Shown here: piece after piece, positions 7,826-16,454 of the stretch
Numbering within the stretch: the first letter of the stretch is position 1
How the letters are laid out: each line of letters begins with the position of its first letter
Assembly: GCF_001945605.1 (NCBI RefSeq)
Contig: NZ_MPKA01000093.1
Location: forward strand, 1 to 21,962
Direction: 5' to 3'
Length of the DNA: 21,962 nt
Origin: Dubosiella newyorkensis
Lineage (GTDB): Bacteria; Bacillota_I; Bacilli_A; Erysipelotrichales; Erysipelotrichaceae
Position numbers and translations under genes: made by a program
Notes under the pieces: generated by a model
Databases searched by the model: none
Told to the model about the DNA's origin: nothing
What the model saw: only the letters and a program-made list of their open reading frames with translations

Positions 7826-7856
7826 CAAAAAAAGCACGGAATATCCGTGCTTTTCG
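7826..7856. terminator. bidirectional rho-independent terminator
   Basis: AGCACGGA (7833-7840), loop ATA, TCCGTGCT (7844-7851). A7 run on the left (T7 on the minus strand) and TTTTCG on the right. Confidence 0.7.
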
Positions 7857-7859
7857 TGT

Positions 7860-8075
7860 TTATTTTTGTTCGTTCAATTCGACTTTCACAGTATGACGTG
7901 TTGGATCTAGATCATATGTGATCTTTGAGAAATCATCCAAATGGTTCGTTACGATATCTCGTACCGCATCGAATACTTCATCTTCTTTTTCTGGTTTTTT
8001 GCAGTCGTATTCAATCGTTGTCTTAACGGTTTTACGAACAGGAACGCTATTTAATTCGTCTACCATTGATTTCAT
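7860..8075 (-). CDS. hypothetical 71-aa acidic soluble protein, last gene of the ABC operon
   Basis: Track ORF with GAGGT RBS 7 nt upstream. It lies 45 nt after the ATPase stop with no intervening hairpin, and a strong terminator follows it directly. No family recognised. Confidence 0.55.
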   Translation of the reverse strand: MKSMVDELNSVPVRKTVKTTIEYDCKKPEKEDEVFDAVRDIVTNHLDDFSKITYDLDPTRHTVKVELNEQK

Positions 8076-8120
8076 AACATTTACCTCGTGCTTTTAGTCT
8101 ACCATTCCTCACTTTATGTG

Positions 8121-8870
8121 TCAAACTTCATAAAATTCCAATAGATCAGCTGGCTTGAGCTTTTCCTTTTCCTCTTTTGAAAAATCTTTGGTGATCTTTC
8201 CATCATTGAAGATCAAAAGCCGATCCCCATATTTTAAAGCGTCCGACATATTGTGAGTGATCATCAACGCTGTCATTTGTTCGCTTCGAACAAGCTGGTC
8301 GGTGATTTCCAAGATCGTTTTGGCGCTTTTCGGATCGAGCGCGGCCGTATGTTCGTCAAGAAGCAAGAGCTTTGGCGGATTGAGAACTGCCATGATCAAG
8401 GCGACTGCTTGTCTTTGTCCGCCCGACAACAAGCCAATTGGCGTCTTCAAGCGTTCTTCTAGACCCATATTGAGCACCTTCAGCTTCTTTTGGAACAAAG
8501 CGATATCTTTTTTCTTGACCGCAAAAGAGAACAAGGAGGCGTTGTTGTGGGCAGAAAGAGCTAGATTTTCTTCAACCGTCAAGCCTGCCGCTGTTCCTTG
8601 GGCCGGATTTTGAAAGAGGCGTCCGATCGTTTTCGAACGAATGTGCTCTTTTTCATGGGTGATGTCTTTACCATCGAGAATGACGTTCCCGGATTGGGTC
8701 GGCGCTTGGCCTGTGATCACATTAAAGAAGGTGCTTTTTCCTGCGCCATTGCTTCCTAAGATCGTCACGAATTCGCCAGGACGAATATGGACCGACACAT
8801 CGTCCAGCGCTCTTTTTTCAAGCTTTGTTCCTTCATTGTAGATGACGTTGATATGCTCGAGTTTAAGCAC
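8121..8870 (-). CDS. ABC transporter ATP-binding protein (COG1101-type; putative Trp/Tyr uptake system)
   Basis: GTG start at 8870 with GGAGG 7 nt upstream. Walker A GSNGAGKST, signature LSGGQRQ, Walker B LLLLDEHTAALD, H-loop ITHNM. Overlaps the permease stop by 8 nt. Confidence 0.9.
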   Translation of the reverse strand: MLKLEHINVIYNEGTKLEKRALDDVSVHIRPGEFVTILGSNGAGKSTFFNVITGQAPTQSGNVILDGKDITHEKEHIRSKTIGRLFQNPAQGTAAGLTVEENLALSAHNNASLFSFAVKKKDIALFQKKLKVLNMGLEERLKTPIGLLSGGQRQAVALIMAVLNPPKLLLLDEHTAALDPKSAKTILEITDQLVRSEQMTALMITHNMSDALKYGDRLLIFNDGKITKDFSKEEKEKLKPADLLEFYEV

Positions 8871-9735
8871 GGTTCTTCCTCCTTAGCTTTTTTAGATGCG
8901 GAATCGAGATCGTGACAGCGACCAATACCGCGGAGACAAGGTTCATATCGGTCGCCGCGAACCCAAGCTTGAGCGCGATCGTATATAAAATCCGATATAA
9001 GATCGCTCCAAACACGGCAGCCAACAATCCAGAAGCGATCGTGTGTTTGCGAAAGATCGTCTCACCAACGATGATGCCCGCAAGCCCTAGAACCAACATG
9101 CCCGTTCCGCTTGTTACATCGGCAAAATTTTGGTATTGAACAAGAAGAGCGCCCGATAAAGCGACGATCGCGTTCGATAAGCCTAAACCTAGAAACTTCA
9201 TCGAATCCACATTGACGCTTGAAGCCCGGATCATTTCTTCATTGTCTCCTGTGGCTCGAAGCATCAAGCCTAGATTGGTCTTAAAGAAAATATAGAGCAG
9301 AAAAGCGACAAGAGCCACGATTCCGATCAAAACGAACAATTGCGTATTCGCATTGGAAAGAAGCGTCCAAACTGGTTTGAGCGTGTTGCTCGAAAACAAG
9401 GAGACGTTTGGAGCTCCCTGCATGATGCGGATGTTGATCGAATACAATCCGCTCATCGTCAAAATGCCTGCCAAAAGCGGCTGAATCTTCATTTTTGTCT
9501 GTAAAAAGGCGGTGATACAACCACAAAGACAGCCGGCAAGAAAGCCGGCTATCAAACCTAGAATGGGGTTGCCATTGATCGTAAACATCGCACATACACA
9601 GCCGCCTGTCGCGAAGGATCCATCCACCGTCAAATCGGGATTATCCATGACACGAAAGGAAATATATTCGCCTAAGGAAAGAACAGCGAAGATCAAGCCG
9701 AGCTCAGCAGCTTTTGTTAAGATCGCAAGCGACAT
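8863..9735 (-). CDS. ABC transporter permease (COG4120-type)
   Basis: 290-aa polytopic membrane ORF with AGGTGA RBS. Its start is 3 nt after the binding-protein stop. Confidence 0.9.
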   Translation of the reverse strand: MSLAILTKAAELGLIFAVLSLGEYISFRVMDNPDLTVDGSFATGGCVCAMFTINGNPILGLIAGFLAGCLCGCITAFLQTKMKIQPLLAGILTMSGLYSINIRIMQGAPNVSLFSSNTLKPVWTLLSNANTQLFVLIGIVALVAFLLYIFFKTNLGLMLRATGDNEEMIRASSVNVDSMKFLGLGLSNAIVALSGALLVQYQNFADVTSGTGMLVLGLAGIIVGETIFRKHTIASGLLAAVFGAILYRILYTIALKLGFAATDMNLVSAVLVAVTISIPHLKKLRRKNRA

Positions 9736-9738
9736 CGT

Positions 9739-10722
9739 CTATTCACCTACCATGACCAAATTATCGTCGTTTTGGATCGATTCTGGCAATGTGATGTTCA
9801 GTTTTTCTAAATACGCTTTATTCACATAGATGTTCAAATCGTCCTTGAATACTTTGACTGGGATATCGCCGGCTTTTTTGCCTTTTAATATCTCATCGAC
9901 CATATTGGCCGTTTCATGACCAAGCTCGTCGTAGTTGATGCCAACCGTCGCAAAGCCTCCATCCTGCACCATGGAATCCGCCCCCGTATAATAAGGAATG
10001 CCCGCGTCCATAGCGATTTTGGACAGAGCCACGAAACCGGAAGCGACTGTATTGTCATTTGGAGAGAACATCGCATCGACTTTTTCAACAAGAACCGAAG
10101 CGGAGGACTGCAATTCTGTCATATCTTTCCCTGTTCCTTCGATCAATTCGATATTTTTCTCTTTACAATACGCTTTCGCTTTTTCTAAATTCGATACCGA
10201 GTTGGCTTCGCCCGCATTGTATAAGAAGCCCATCGTTTTTAAGTCTGGATTGATCTGGAGCGCTAGATCGATGATCTGATCGACTTGTACTTCATCGCTT
10301 GTTCCTGTGATATTGCCACCTGGCTTCTCTAAAGAAGAAACGAGGCCAGCCCCAATAGGATCCGATACCGCCGAAAAAACGACAGGGATCGTATCCGCGT
10401 AATTCGCGGCCGCTTGAGCGGTCGGGGTGGCGATCGCGACGATCACATCGCTGCCCTCATCGGAAAATTGAGACATGATCGATGTCAAATTCGATGGCTG
10501 CCCTGCCGCGTCGGCATAATCGTATTCGATCGTTTCTCCATCTTTATAACCTAATTCTTCCATACGGTCGCTGAACGCATCACGAATCGTATTCAAAGAG
10601 GTATGGGATACGATTTGCGCTACTCCAACTTTTGGTACTTTTTTCTCAGCAGAAGAACAGCCTGTCAGAAGCGTCGCCGATACACAAAATGCGGATAATA
10701 GTTTTAAAGATCTTGTTTTCAT
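9739..10722 (-). CDS. ABC transporter substrate-binding lipoprotein (ABC_sub_bind / COG2984 family)
   Basis: The track start 10773 lies inside the T-box terminator T-run. The ATG at 10722 follows GAAGGAGAA and gives MKTRSLKLLSAFCVSATLLTGCSS, a signal peptide with lipobox LLTGC. The body matches the COG2984 pattern (KVGVAQIVSHTSL...IATPTAQAA...IPVVFSAVSDP...GGNITGTSD). Confidence 0.9.
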   Translation of the reverse strand: MKTRSLKLLSAFCVSATLLTGCSSAEKKVPKVGVAQIVSHTSLNTIRDAFSDRMEELGYKDGETIEYDYADAAGQPSNLTSIMSQFSDEGSDVIVAIATPTAQAAANYADTIPVVFSAVSDPIGAGLVSSLEKPGGNITGTSDEVQVDQIIDLALQINPDLKTMGFLYNAGEANSVSNLEKAKAYCKEKNIELIEGTGKDMTELQSSASVLVEKVDAMFSPNDNTVASGFVALSKIAMDAGIPYYTGADSMVQDGGFATVGINYDELGHETANMVDEILKGKKAGDIPVKVFKDDLNIYVNKAYLEKLNITLPESIQNDDNLVMVGE

Positions 10723-10771
10723 AGTTTTTTCTCCTTCTTCTTCAGAGACTTTCATAAAATGGTTCTTAAAC

Positions 10772-11020
10772 AAAAAAGTCCTGTATCTTACGACACAGGA
10801 CAGAATTTCAATTCTGCGGTACCACCTGAATTGGTATCAACGAATACCCACTTTACGAATGCCAACACATTCATCTTTCTATAACGGGAAAGTCCCGGCT
10901 TGGATACTTAATTTCACCTCGCCCTTAGAAGTCCATTTGCAGAACCGTTTGCTCTCCGGCTTGCACCCTCCCGGATTCGCTTCAGCACAGCATTCTGTTT
11001 GATCTCTTCATCATCGGTTT
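10772..11020 (-). promoter_or_regulatory. T-box riboswitch leader, specifier UGG (tRNA-Trp)
   Basis: Minus strand: GAUGAAGAG base motif, Stem I with GGGUGCAAG distal loop, specifier loop ...CAAA-UGG-A-CUUC (UGG = 10935-10933) and F-box CCGUUA (10887-10882). T-box core AAUUCAGGUGGUACCGCAG (10832-10814). Terminator GTCCTGT/ACAGGAC (10801-10778) plus T6 (10777-10772). Confidence 0.85.
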
Positions 11021-11034
11021 ATTTGTATGGTTGT

Positions 11035-11063
11035 ATCATACGCTTTAAAACCGGGTTTGTAAA
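11035..11063 (-). promoter_or_regulatory. candidate sigma-A promoter of the T-box/ABC operon
   Basis: Minus strand TTTACA (11063-11058), 17-nt spacer, TATGAT (11040-11035), directly upstream of the T-box leader. Confidence 0.55.
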
Positions 11064-11099
11064 GCGAGAGAATGAAATTTTTTGAAAGAAAATGTAAAT

Positions 11100-11282
11100 T
11101 CATGAATCGATTTCTTCATTTTTTTCTTTCCCATGTAGGATCCATTTCAGCCATGAACTGAATCCAAATATCATAAGCAAGAACAGACAAGCTTCATATT
11201 GTTCATGATACAGCAAGATCAAAGCGAACCCTACGCTCCAATAGATCAGCATGTTGGTGATGAATGCTTTCCAATTTTGCAT
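11100..11282 (-). CDS. hypothetical 60-aa two-TM membrane protein
   Basis: Track ORF with GGGGAG RBS 5 nt upstream of the ATG. Two hydrophobic helices and a charged C-terminal tail. No family recognised. Confidence 0.45.
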   Translation of the reverse strand: MQNWKAFITNMLIYWSVGFALILLYHEQYEACLFLLMIFGFSSWLKWILHGKEKNEEIDS

Positions 11283-11370
11283 GCGATCTCCCCTTTCAAT
11301 TATGTGTATTGTACACCTTAACCCATATTTTTACGATATTTCTGCTTAAATTATGTGATATTTTATTCGT

Positions 11371-11934
11371 ATGAATCCTTTTTCTATCGCATGCGCTGGA
11401 GATTCGATCACAGAAGGCTGGGGGCTTGCCTCTCCGGATACGGAAAGCTATCCCGCTTTATTGCGAGCGTATTTTCCCGAAGCCACTATTTACAACTTAG
11501 GAAGCAGCGGCGCGACACTTCAATCTCAATTTGATATGGCCTATACACGCACGAATGCCTTTTTAAGAAGCCTCGCTTCTTCCTTCGATGTCGTTTTATT
11601 GTTTCTTGGCGCCAATGATGTATGGTATTGGACGAGCAAAAAAACGTTCAAGGAAGAGCTGCTCGATTTGATTGGTGAATACGCCTCTTCTTTGGTGATC
11701 TTGATCACTCCGATCAAAATGAATGTTGGTGTTTATGAAGATCATAAGCTCAAAGAGATCAGAGAGATCGTGCTCGAAGCAGGTAAAGAGGAAGGCTTGC
11801 CTGTCATCGATCTCTATTCCCTTTCTAAAACGTCTTGGCTTTCTTTTGATGGAGTGCATCCGAGTCAAGAAGGTCAAAAAGAGATCGCCTTCCTGATCGC
11901 GCAAGCATTAAAAAAGATTCTTCCGCTCGGATGA
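11371..11934 (+). CDS. SGNH/GDSL-family hydrolase (esterase/lipase-like)
   Basis: Block I IACAGDSITEGWG, block III LFLGANDV, block V DGVHPSQEG. No Shine-Dalgarno is visible; a TGtGATATT element ends 8 nt before the ATG. Confidence 0.8.
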   Translation: MNPFSIACAGDSITEGWGLASPDTESYPALLRAYFPEATIYNLGSSGATLQSQFDMAYTRTNAFLRSLASSFDVVLLFLGANDVWYWTSKKTFKEELLDLIGEYASSLVILITPIKMNVGVYEDHKLKEIREIVLEAGKEEGLPVIDLYSLSKTSWLSFDGVHPSQEGQKEIAFLIAQALKKILPLG

Positions 11935-11957
11935 ATCTTTTTTCTTTTTCTCTTTTA

Positions 11958-13034
11958 TTATTCTTGGATACGAACGACTTCTTGCGTCCAGCCAAATGGA
12001 TCTTCAACATTGCCCCATTGAATGCCTGTTAAAGTATCATAAAGTTTTTGTGTCAGATCTCCCGTTTTAAAGTCATTGATCACCGCTTTTTCTCCTTTGA
12101 AGCAAAGTTCCCCAATTGGTGAAATTACAGCAGCTGTACCCGTTCCAAACGCTTCTGTCAGCTTTCCATTTTTCGCGCCTTCCATCAGCTCATCGATAGG
12201 CATATGGCGTTCTTCGACCGTATAGCCCCAATCCTTTAAAAGATGGATGATCGAATCGCGTGTTACGCCTGGAAGGACGGTTCCATCGATCGGCGCTGTC
12301 ACAATTGTATTTCCAAACACGAACATCGCGTTCATCGATCCGACTTCTTCCACGTATTTTTTATGAACACCATCTAACCAAAGCACTTGGGTATAGCCTT
12401 GCTCTTCGGCTTTTTCTTGCGCTTTCAAAGAACCAGCGTAGTTGCCTCCACACTTTGTAAATCCCGTACCGCCTGGTGTGGCGCGAACATATTCGTCTTC
12501 GACCCAGATCTTGACAGGATTGACTCCTTCTGGGTAGTATGCGCCTACTGGCGAACAAATAATAACAAATTTATAGGAAGTGGCAGGATGTACGCCAACG
12601 CTCGCTTCTGTCGCAAACATATAAGGACGAATATAGAGCGATTCTCCTTCTTCGTTAGGCACCCAGTCTTTTTCCACTTCAACCAATGCCTTGATTGCGT
12701 CTATAAACATGTCTTCTGGCACTTTAGGCATGCTAAGACGTTCATTCGAATTCATAAAGCGACGGGCATTCATTTCGGGACGGAACAACTGGATCACACC
12801 ATCTTTAGTACGATAGGCCTTCAATCCTTCAAACGTTTCCTGCGCATAATGAAGGACCATGCTGGCTGGCGATAGCTCGATCGGTCCAAATGGAACGATC
12901 CTCGCATCGTGCCATCCGCCTTGATCAGCGTCATAATCCGCAATAAACATATAATCGGTATATATTTTTCCAAAGCCTAGCGCTCCTGTTGGTTTTTCCT
13001 TTAGTGTCTTAGCTTCTTCAAATTTGATATCCAT
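11958..13034 (-). CDS. ilvE: branched-chain amino acid aminotransferase (class IV PLP enzyme)
   Basis: The track start 13124 adds 30 unlikely residues and overlaps the upstream gene. The ATG at 13034 (GGAGA 8 nt upstream) gives MDIKFEEAKTLKEKPTGALGFGKIYTDYMF...HYAQETFEGLKAYRT...GGTGFTKCGGNYAGSL, collinear with Firmicute IlvE/YbgE N-termini. Confidence 0.92.
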   Translation of the reverse strand: MDIKFEEAKTLKEKPTGALGFGKIYTDYMFIADYDADQGGWHDARIVPFGPIELSPASMVLHYAQETFEGLKAYRTKDGVIQLFRPEMNARRFMNSNERLSMPKVPEDMFIDAIKALVEVEKDWVPNEEGESLYIRPYMFATEASVGVHPATSYKFVIICSPVGAYYPEGVNPVKIWVEDEYVRATPGGTGFTKCGGNYAGSLKAQEKAEEQGYTQVLWLDGVHKKYVEEVGSMNAMFVFGNTIVTAPIDGTVLPGVTRDSIIHLLKDWGYTVEERHMPIDELMEGAKNGKLTEAFGTGTAAVISPIGELCFKGEKAVINDFKTGDLTQKLYDTLTGIQWGNVEDPFGWTQEVVRIQE

Positions 13035-13108
13035 GATCTCATCTCCATTTCTGATACTGTTTAAGTTACCACTAATTGAAAATGATTTCAATATCGTTTG
13101 AAAATGTT

Positions 13109-13849
13109 TCATTTCTGAAAACAAGATTTAATGAATCGATCATAGTGGTTGCGCATTTTCTTGCTCCAAAACGCCGGACCGCCGTGCCCTTCTTTTTCAA
13201 GAATGATCATCTGCGTCTCTTTGTTCGCTTTTTTGAGCGCTTTATATAGTCTTGCGCTTTGCTCGATCGGCACGATCGGATCTTCTTTTCCATGAACGAT
13301 CAAGATCGGTCCAAAGTTTTCGAACAAATAGTTTTTGCAGCATTTACGATGCGCTTCTTCATCGAGTTCTACCTCTTCTTGGGATGGTTCAACTTTGCCA
13401 TATAGATCGATGATCGCGTGGATCTGGCAGTCTTCCTCGCTTTGATCCAGACGATGTGAAAGGGACGTAAAACCTGCAAGCACGGCCGCTTCACCTCCCA
13501 TCAAAACCATCTGATCTGGATCGATGTTGTAGGTGCCTGCATTCTTCTTCATGTAGCGAACAGCTTCCTTTATATCGTAGATGACATTGGGAAAGCGATC
13601 GTTCGCTCGAAGCTCGACAAGCGCGATCGTATACCCTTTCTTTGCGAATTTTACTAATGAAGGTAAAAAAAAGGGACCTTCTTGGATCAAGAGAATGCAT
13701 GGCGTTCTTCGTTTTGGCTCATCGAATTGGACAAATTGCAGGACATGTAGCTTAAATGATTCGTTCGGCATTTCAGAATACAGACATTCGGGATGAAAAA
13801 GCACATTGGATTTGTTTTCTTGTTTCTTTTTCGACTTCATTTCGATCAT
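13109..13849 (-). CDS. alpha/beta-hydrolase fold protein (esterase/lipase Abhydrolase_3-like) with degenerate catalytic motifs
   Basis: 246-aa ORF; the start may be the ATG at 13840. Family pattern ...RANDRFPNVIYDIKEAVRYMKKNAGTYNIDPDQMVLMGGEAAVLAG...IVHGKEDPIVP...EKEGHGG. The nucleophile elbow reads GGEAA instead of GDSAG, and the oxyanion HGGG reads QEGP. Confidence 0.75.
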   Translation of the reverse strand: MIEMKSKKKQENKSNVLFHPECLYSEMPNESFKLHVLQFVQFDEPKRRTPCILLIQEGPFFLPSLVKFAKKGYTIALVELRANDRFPNVIYDIKEAVRYMKKNAGTYNIDPDQMVLMGGEAAVLAGFTSLSHRLDQSEEDCQIHAIIDLYGKVEPSQEEVELDEEAHRKCCKNYLFENFGPILIVHGKEDPIVPIEQSARLYKALKKANKETQMIILEKEGHGGPAFWSKKMRNHYDRFIKSCFQK

Positions 13850-13875
13850 CTTCCTTTTCTTCTTTTCATTTTAAC

Positions 13876-13902
13876 AAAAAAAAGAGGAAGACGCGCTTCC
13901 TC
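13876..13902 (-). terminator. rho-independent terminator after the glgP/53-aa unit
   Basis: Minus strand GAGGAAG-CGCGT-CTTCCTC (13902-13884) followed by T8 (13883-13876). Confidence 0.7.
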
Positions 13903-13903
13903 G

Positions 13904-14065
13904 TTAGTGAAAAATAATGAAATAGATGACATAGATCCATCCGAGCAATCCATGTATGATCGCCCAGAAGATCGAATGCCAATTGACATAGCTGATGACC
14001 ATCGCTAAGGCGCTTCCAAACGAAATGCCAGCTTTAACGGTCGTTCCAAATGCACTGTTGTTCAT
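13904..14065 (-). CDS. 53-aa small two-TM membrane protein
   Basis: Below the track cut-off. AGGAGA RBS 6 nt upstream of the ATG at 14065, 15 nt after the glgP stop. Translation: MNNSAFGTTVKAGISFGSALAMVISYVNWHSIFWAIIHGLLGWIYVIYFIIFH. It ends right at a strong terminator. Confidence 0.6.
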   Translation of the reverse strand: MNNSAFGTTVKAGISFGSALAMVISYVNWHSIFWAIIHGLLGWIYVIYFIIFH

Positions 14066-14080
14066 ATTTTTCTCCTTTGA

Positions 14081-16351
14081 TTATTTTTCAAGTTTCCAAA
14101 TGTCTTCGTTGTATTGTTCGATCGTGCGGTCGCTCGAGAAATAGCCGGCCATGGCGATGTTGACAAGCATCTTTTTCGACCAAGCAAGACGGTCTTCGTA
14201 CGCTTCCATGATCTTATGTTTCTCTTCGATATACGCTTCTACATCAAGAAGGGTCATGAACCAGTCTTTGTTGATGAGATCGTCGTGTACGGCTTGGAGC
14301 AATTCTGGATTGCCAAGATCCATCATTTTATCGCTCGTGATAAAGTCGACGAGTTCTTGGATATGCGCGTTTTGTCGATAGAGATCATATGAATGGTAGT
14401 CTTGATTTTTATAGTGGTCGATGACTTCATCGGCTTTGGCGCCAAAAATATAAATATTATCGTCTCCGACTAAGTCGTGGATCTCGACATTGGCTCCATC
14501 ATCCGTTCCTAAGGTCACAGCCCCATTGAGCATGAATTTCATGTTGCTCGTACCGCTCGCTTCTTTGGAGGCAAGCGAGATCTGTTCCGAGATATCGGCA
14601 GCCGGAATGAGTTTTTCGGCTTTCGTCACGTTGTAGTTTTCAACCATCACAACTCTAAGATGTTGCTTGACTACTTCATCTTGGTCGATGAGCTCGGCAA
14701 GGGTCAAGATGACGTGAATGATATCTTTGGCTAAAATGTAGGCTGGTGCGGCTTTTGCGCCAAAAATGCACGTGATCGGATGGGTTGGATATTCGCCGCG
14801 CTTGATCCTCAAATATTGATCGATAATATAGAGCGCATTCATTTGTTGGCGTTTATATTCGTGTAGACGTTTGATTTGGATGTCGTAGATCGAGTGGTCG
14901 TCGATTTCGATATTTTGTTTTTCTCGCAAATACGTCTTGAGCTGGCGTTTTTTGATGTGCTTGATCGCTCTAAGTTCATCGAGCGTTTTGAGATCGTCTT
15001 TGTATTCAAGCAGTTTTCTTAATTCGAGAGCGTCTTTTTTATAGCCTTCTCCAATGCGCTCGTCTAAAAATTTGGTGAGTTCAGGATTGGCTTCGAACAA
15101 CCATCTTCTAAATGTGATTCCATTGGTTTTATTGTTGAACTTTTCTGGATAGAGTTCATAGAACGAATGGAGCTCTTCATTTTTTAAGATATCGGTATGG
15201 ATCGCCGCGACACCATTGGTCGACTTGGAGAAATGAATATCCATGCTGGCCATATGGATGTTGTTGTTTTTGTCAATAATGAAGGTTGCTTCATTGTTGC
15301 TTCTTTCTTTTGCGACTTGGTCAAGTTTTTCAATAATTGGCATCAGTTGTGGAACGATTTCTTCTAAATAATGGTATGGCCATGTTTCGAGCGCTTCTGC
15401 TAAGATCGTATGGTTCGTGTAGGCGCACGTTTGTTCGACTTCATGCATCGCTTCTTCGAAATCGAGTCCATTTTCCATCAATAGACGAATGAGTTCTGGA
15501 ATGACCATCGATGGATGGGTGTCGTTGATTTGCACAACGGCGTATTTATGAAGCTCATGGAGATCGATATTTTTTTCCTTCATTTCTTGCATGATCATTT
15601 GGGCAGCCGAAGATACAAGAAAATATTGTTGATAGATCCTGAGTTTTCTTCCATCTTCATCGCTGTCGTCTGGATAAAGGAAAAGGGTCAAATTCTTTTC
15701 GATATTCTTTTTGTCGAAGCCGATGCCAGATTCCAAGATCGTCTCATCGACTGTATCAAGATCGAATAATTTGAGTTTATTCGTTTTTCCATTGTATCCA
15801 GAAACCATGATTTCATACATGCGGCTTGGGAGCGTCAGATTTTTGAATGGAACTTCGAATTGGCCGTCGGTTTTTTCAAGCCAGCTGTCTTCGCTCATCC
15901 ATGGATTTGGATATTCTTTTTGTTCTTTATTTTCAAACTTTTGCAGGAAAAGGCCTAAGTGATAGTTGAGGCCAACACCATCGGCATATAAATCGAGGGT
16001 GGTGATGGAGTCTAAGAAGCAGGCTGCCAATCGTCCAAGTCCGCCATTTCCCAAAGATGGTTCTAATTCGATATCTTCGATCTCGGAGAGAGATTTTCCG
16101 TTTTTTTCAAGGATATCTTTAACTTCATGGTAGATCTTCAAGTTGATCAAGTTGTTGGAGAGCAGTTTTCCAATCAAAAATTCGGCAGAAATATAATAGA
16201 GTTTTTTCTTTCCTTTGACTGGTTCTGCTTTGGCGAGTTGTTTTTTTACGAAATTAAGAAGCATCACGTAGCATTCTTTATCGCTAAGATTTTCGATGGA
16301 TCGATCAAACATCGCCAACGCAAATTCTTCTAATTCATTTTCTAGTTTCAT
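14081..16351 (-). CDS. glgP: glycogen/maltodextrin (alpha-glucan) phosphorylase
   Basis: The track start 16363 is a TTG inside the RBS TTGGAGG. The ATG at 16351 lies 5 nt after GGAGG ([10 protein letters not shown]...). GT35 hallmarks are present: [15 protein letters not shown], and the PLP-lysine region [15 protein letters not shown]. Confidence 0.95.
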   Translation of the reverse strand: MKLENELEEFALAMFDRSIENLSDKECYVMLLNFVKKQLAKAEPVKGKKKLYYISAEFLIGKLLSNNLINLKIYHEVKDILEKNGKSLSEIEDIELEPSLGNGGLGRLAACFLDSITTLDLYADGVGLNYHLGLFLQKFENKEQKEYPNPWMSEDSWLEKTDGQFEVPFKNLTLPSRMYEIMVSGYNGKTNKLKLFDLDTVDETILESGIGFDKKNIEKNLTLFLYPDDSDEDGRKLRIYQQYFLVSSAAQMIMQEMKEKNIDLHELHKYAVVQINDTHPSMVIPELIRLLMENGLDFEEAMHEVEQTCAYTNHTILAEALETWPYHYLEEIVPQLMPIIEKLDQVAKERSNNEATFIIDKNNNIHMASMDIHFSKSTNGVAAIHTDILKNEELHSFYELYPEKFNNKTNGITFRRWLFEANPELTKFLDERIGEGYKKDALELRKLLEYKDDLKTLDELRAIKHIKKRQLKTYLREKQNIEIDDHSIYDIQIKRLHEYKRQQMNALYIIDQYLRIKRGEYPTHPITCIFGAKAAPAYILAKDIIHVILTLAELIDQDEVVKQHLRVVMVENYNVTKAEKLIPAADISEQISLASKEASGTSNMKFMLNGAVTLGTDDGANVEIHDLVGDDNIYIFGAKADEVIDHYKNQDYHSYDLYRQNAHIQELVDFITSDKMMDLGNPELLQAVHDDLINKDWFMTLLDVEAYIEEKHKIMEAYEDRLAWSKKMLVNIAMAGYFSSDRTIEQYNEDIWKLEK

Positions 16352-16373
16352 AAGAACCTCCAATTTGTTTTTA

Positions 16374-16388
16374 TCATAGCGTTTTCAG
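16374..16388 (-). promoter_or_regulatory. cre-like (CcpA) site overlapping the putative glgP -10
   Basis: Minus strand CTGAAAACGCTATGA versus cre consensus WTGNAANCGNWNNCW. Two mismatches, at the outer W and at C14. It overlaps TATGAT (16378-16373), which sits 18 nt after TTGTTT. Confidence 0.3.
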
Positions 16389-16445
16389 TGTTTGAAAAAC
16401 AATTCATTTGCTTTTCATAGTTTTTACCCCAATTATGGGATATTG

Positions 16446-16454
16446 TGGTATAGT
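16446..16454 (+). promoter_or_regulatory. candidate extended -10 promoter element for asnA
   Basis: TGgTATAGT at 16446-16454, 35 nt upstream of the asnA ATG. There is no good -35. Confidence 0.35.

Noticed and set aside
10723-10773. N-terminal extensions of longest ORFs: binding protein to 10773, ilvE to 13124, response regulator to 18251, glgP to 16363, MATE to 4968, NfeD to 991, 4-TM protein to 21761
   Set aside because: In each case the upstream start lacks an RBS or lies within an RBS, terminator, promoter or neighbouring gene. An internal ATG with a well-spaced SD gives an N-terminus typical of the family.
11345-11373. Leaderless-mRNA idea for the SGNH hydrolase (TGtGATATT ending 8 nt before the ATG, no SD)
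   Set aside because: The -10 is only a 4/6 match and no -35 is evident. The absence of an SD alone is not sufficient. It is noted in the feature evidence only.
13098-13112. CodY-box-like ATTTCTGAAAA at the hydrolase stop, upstream of ilvE
   Set aside because: Only about 10 of 15 positions match AATTTTCWGAAAATT, and it lies in AT-rich sequence. This is too weak to call.
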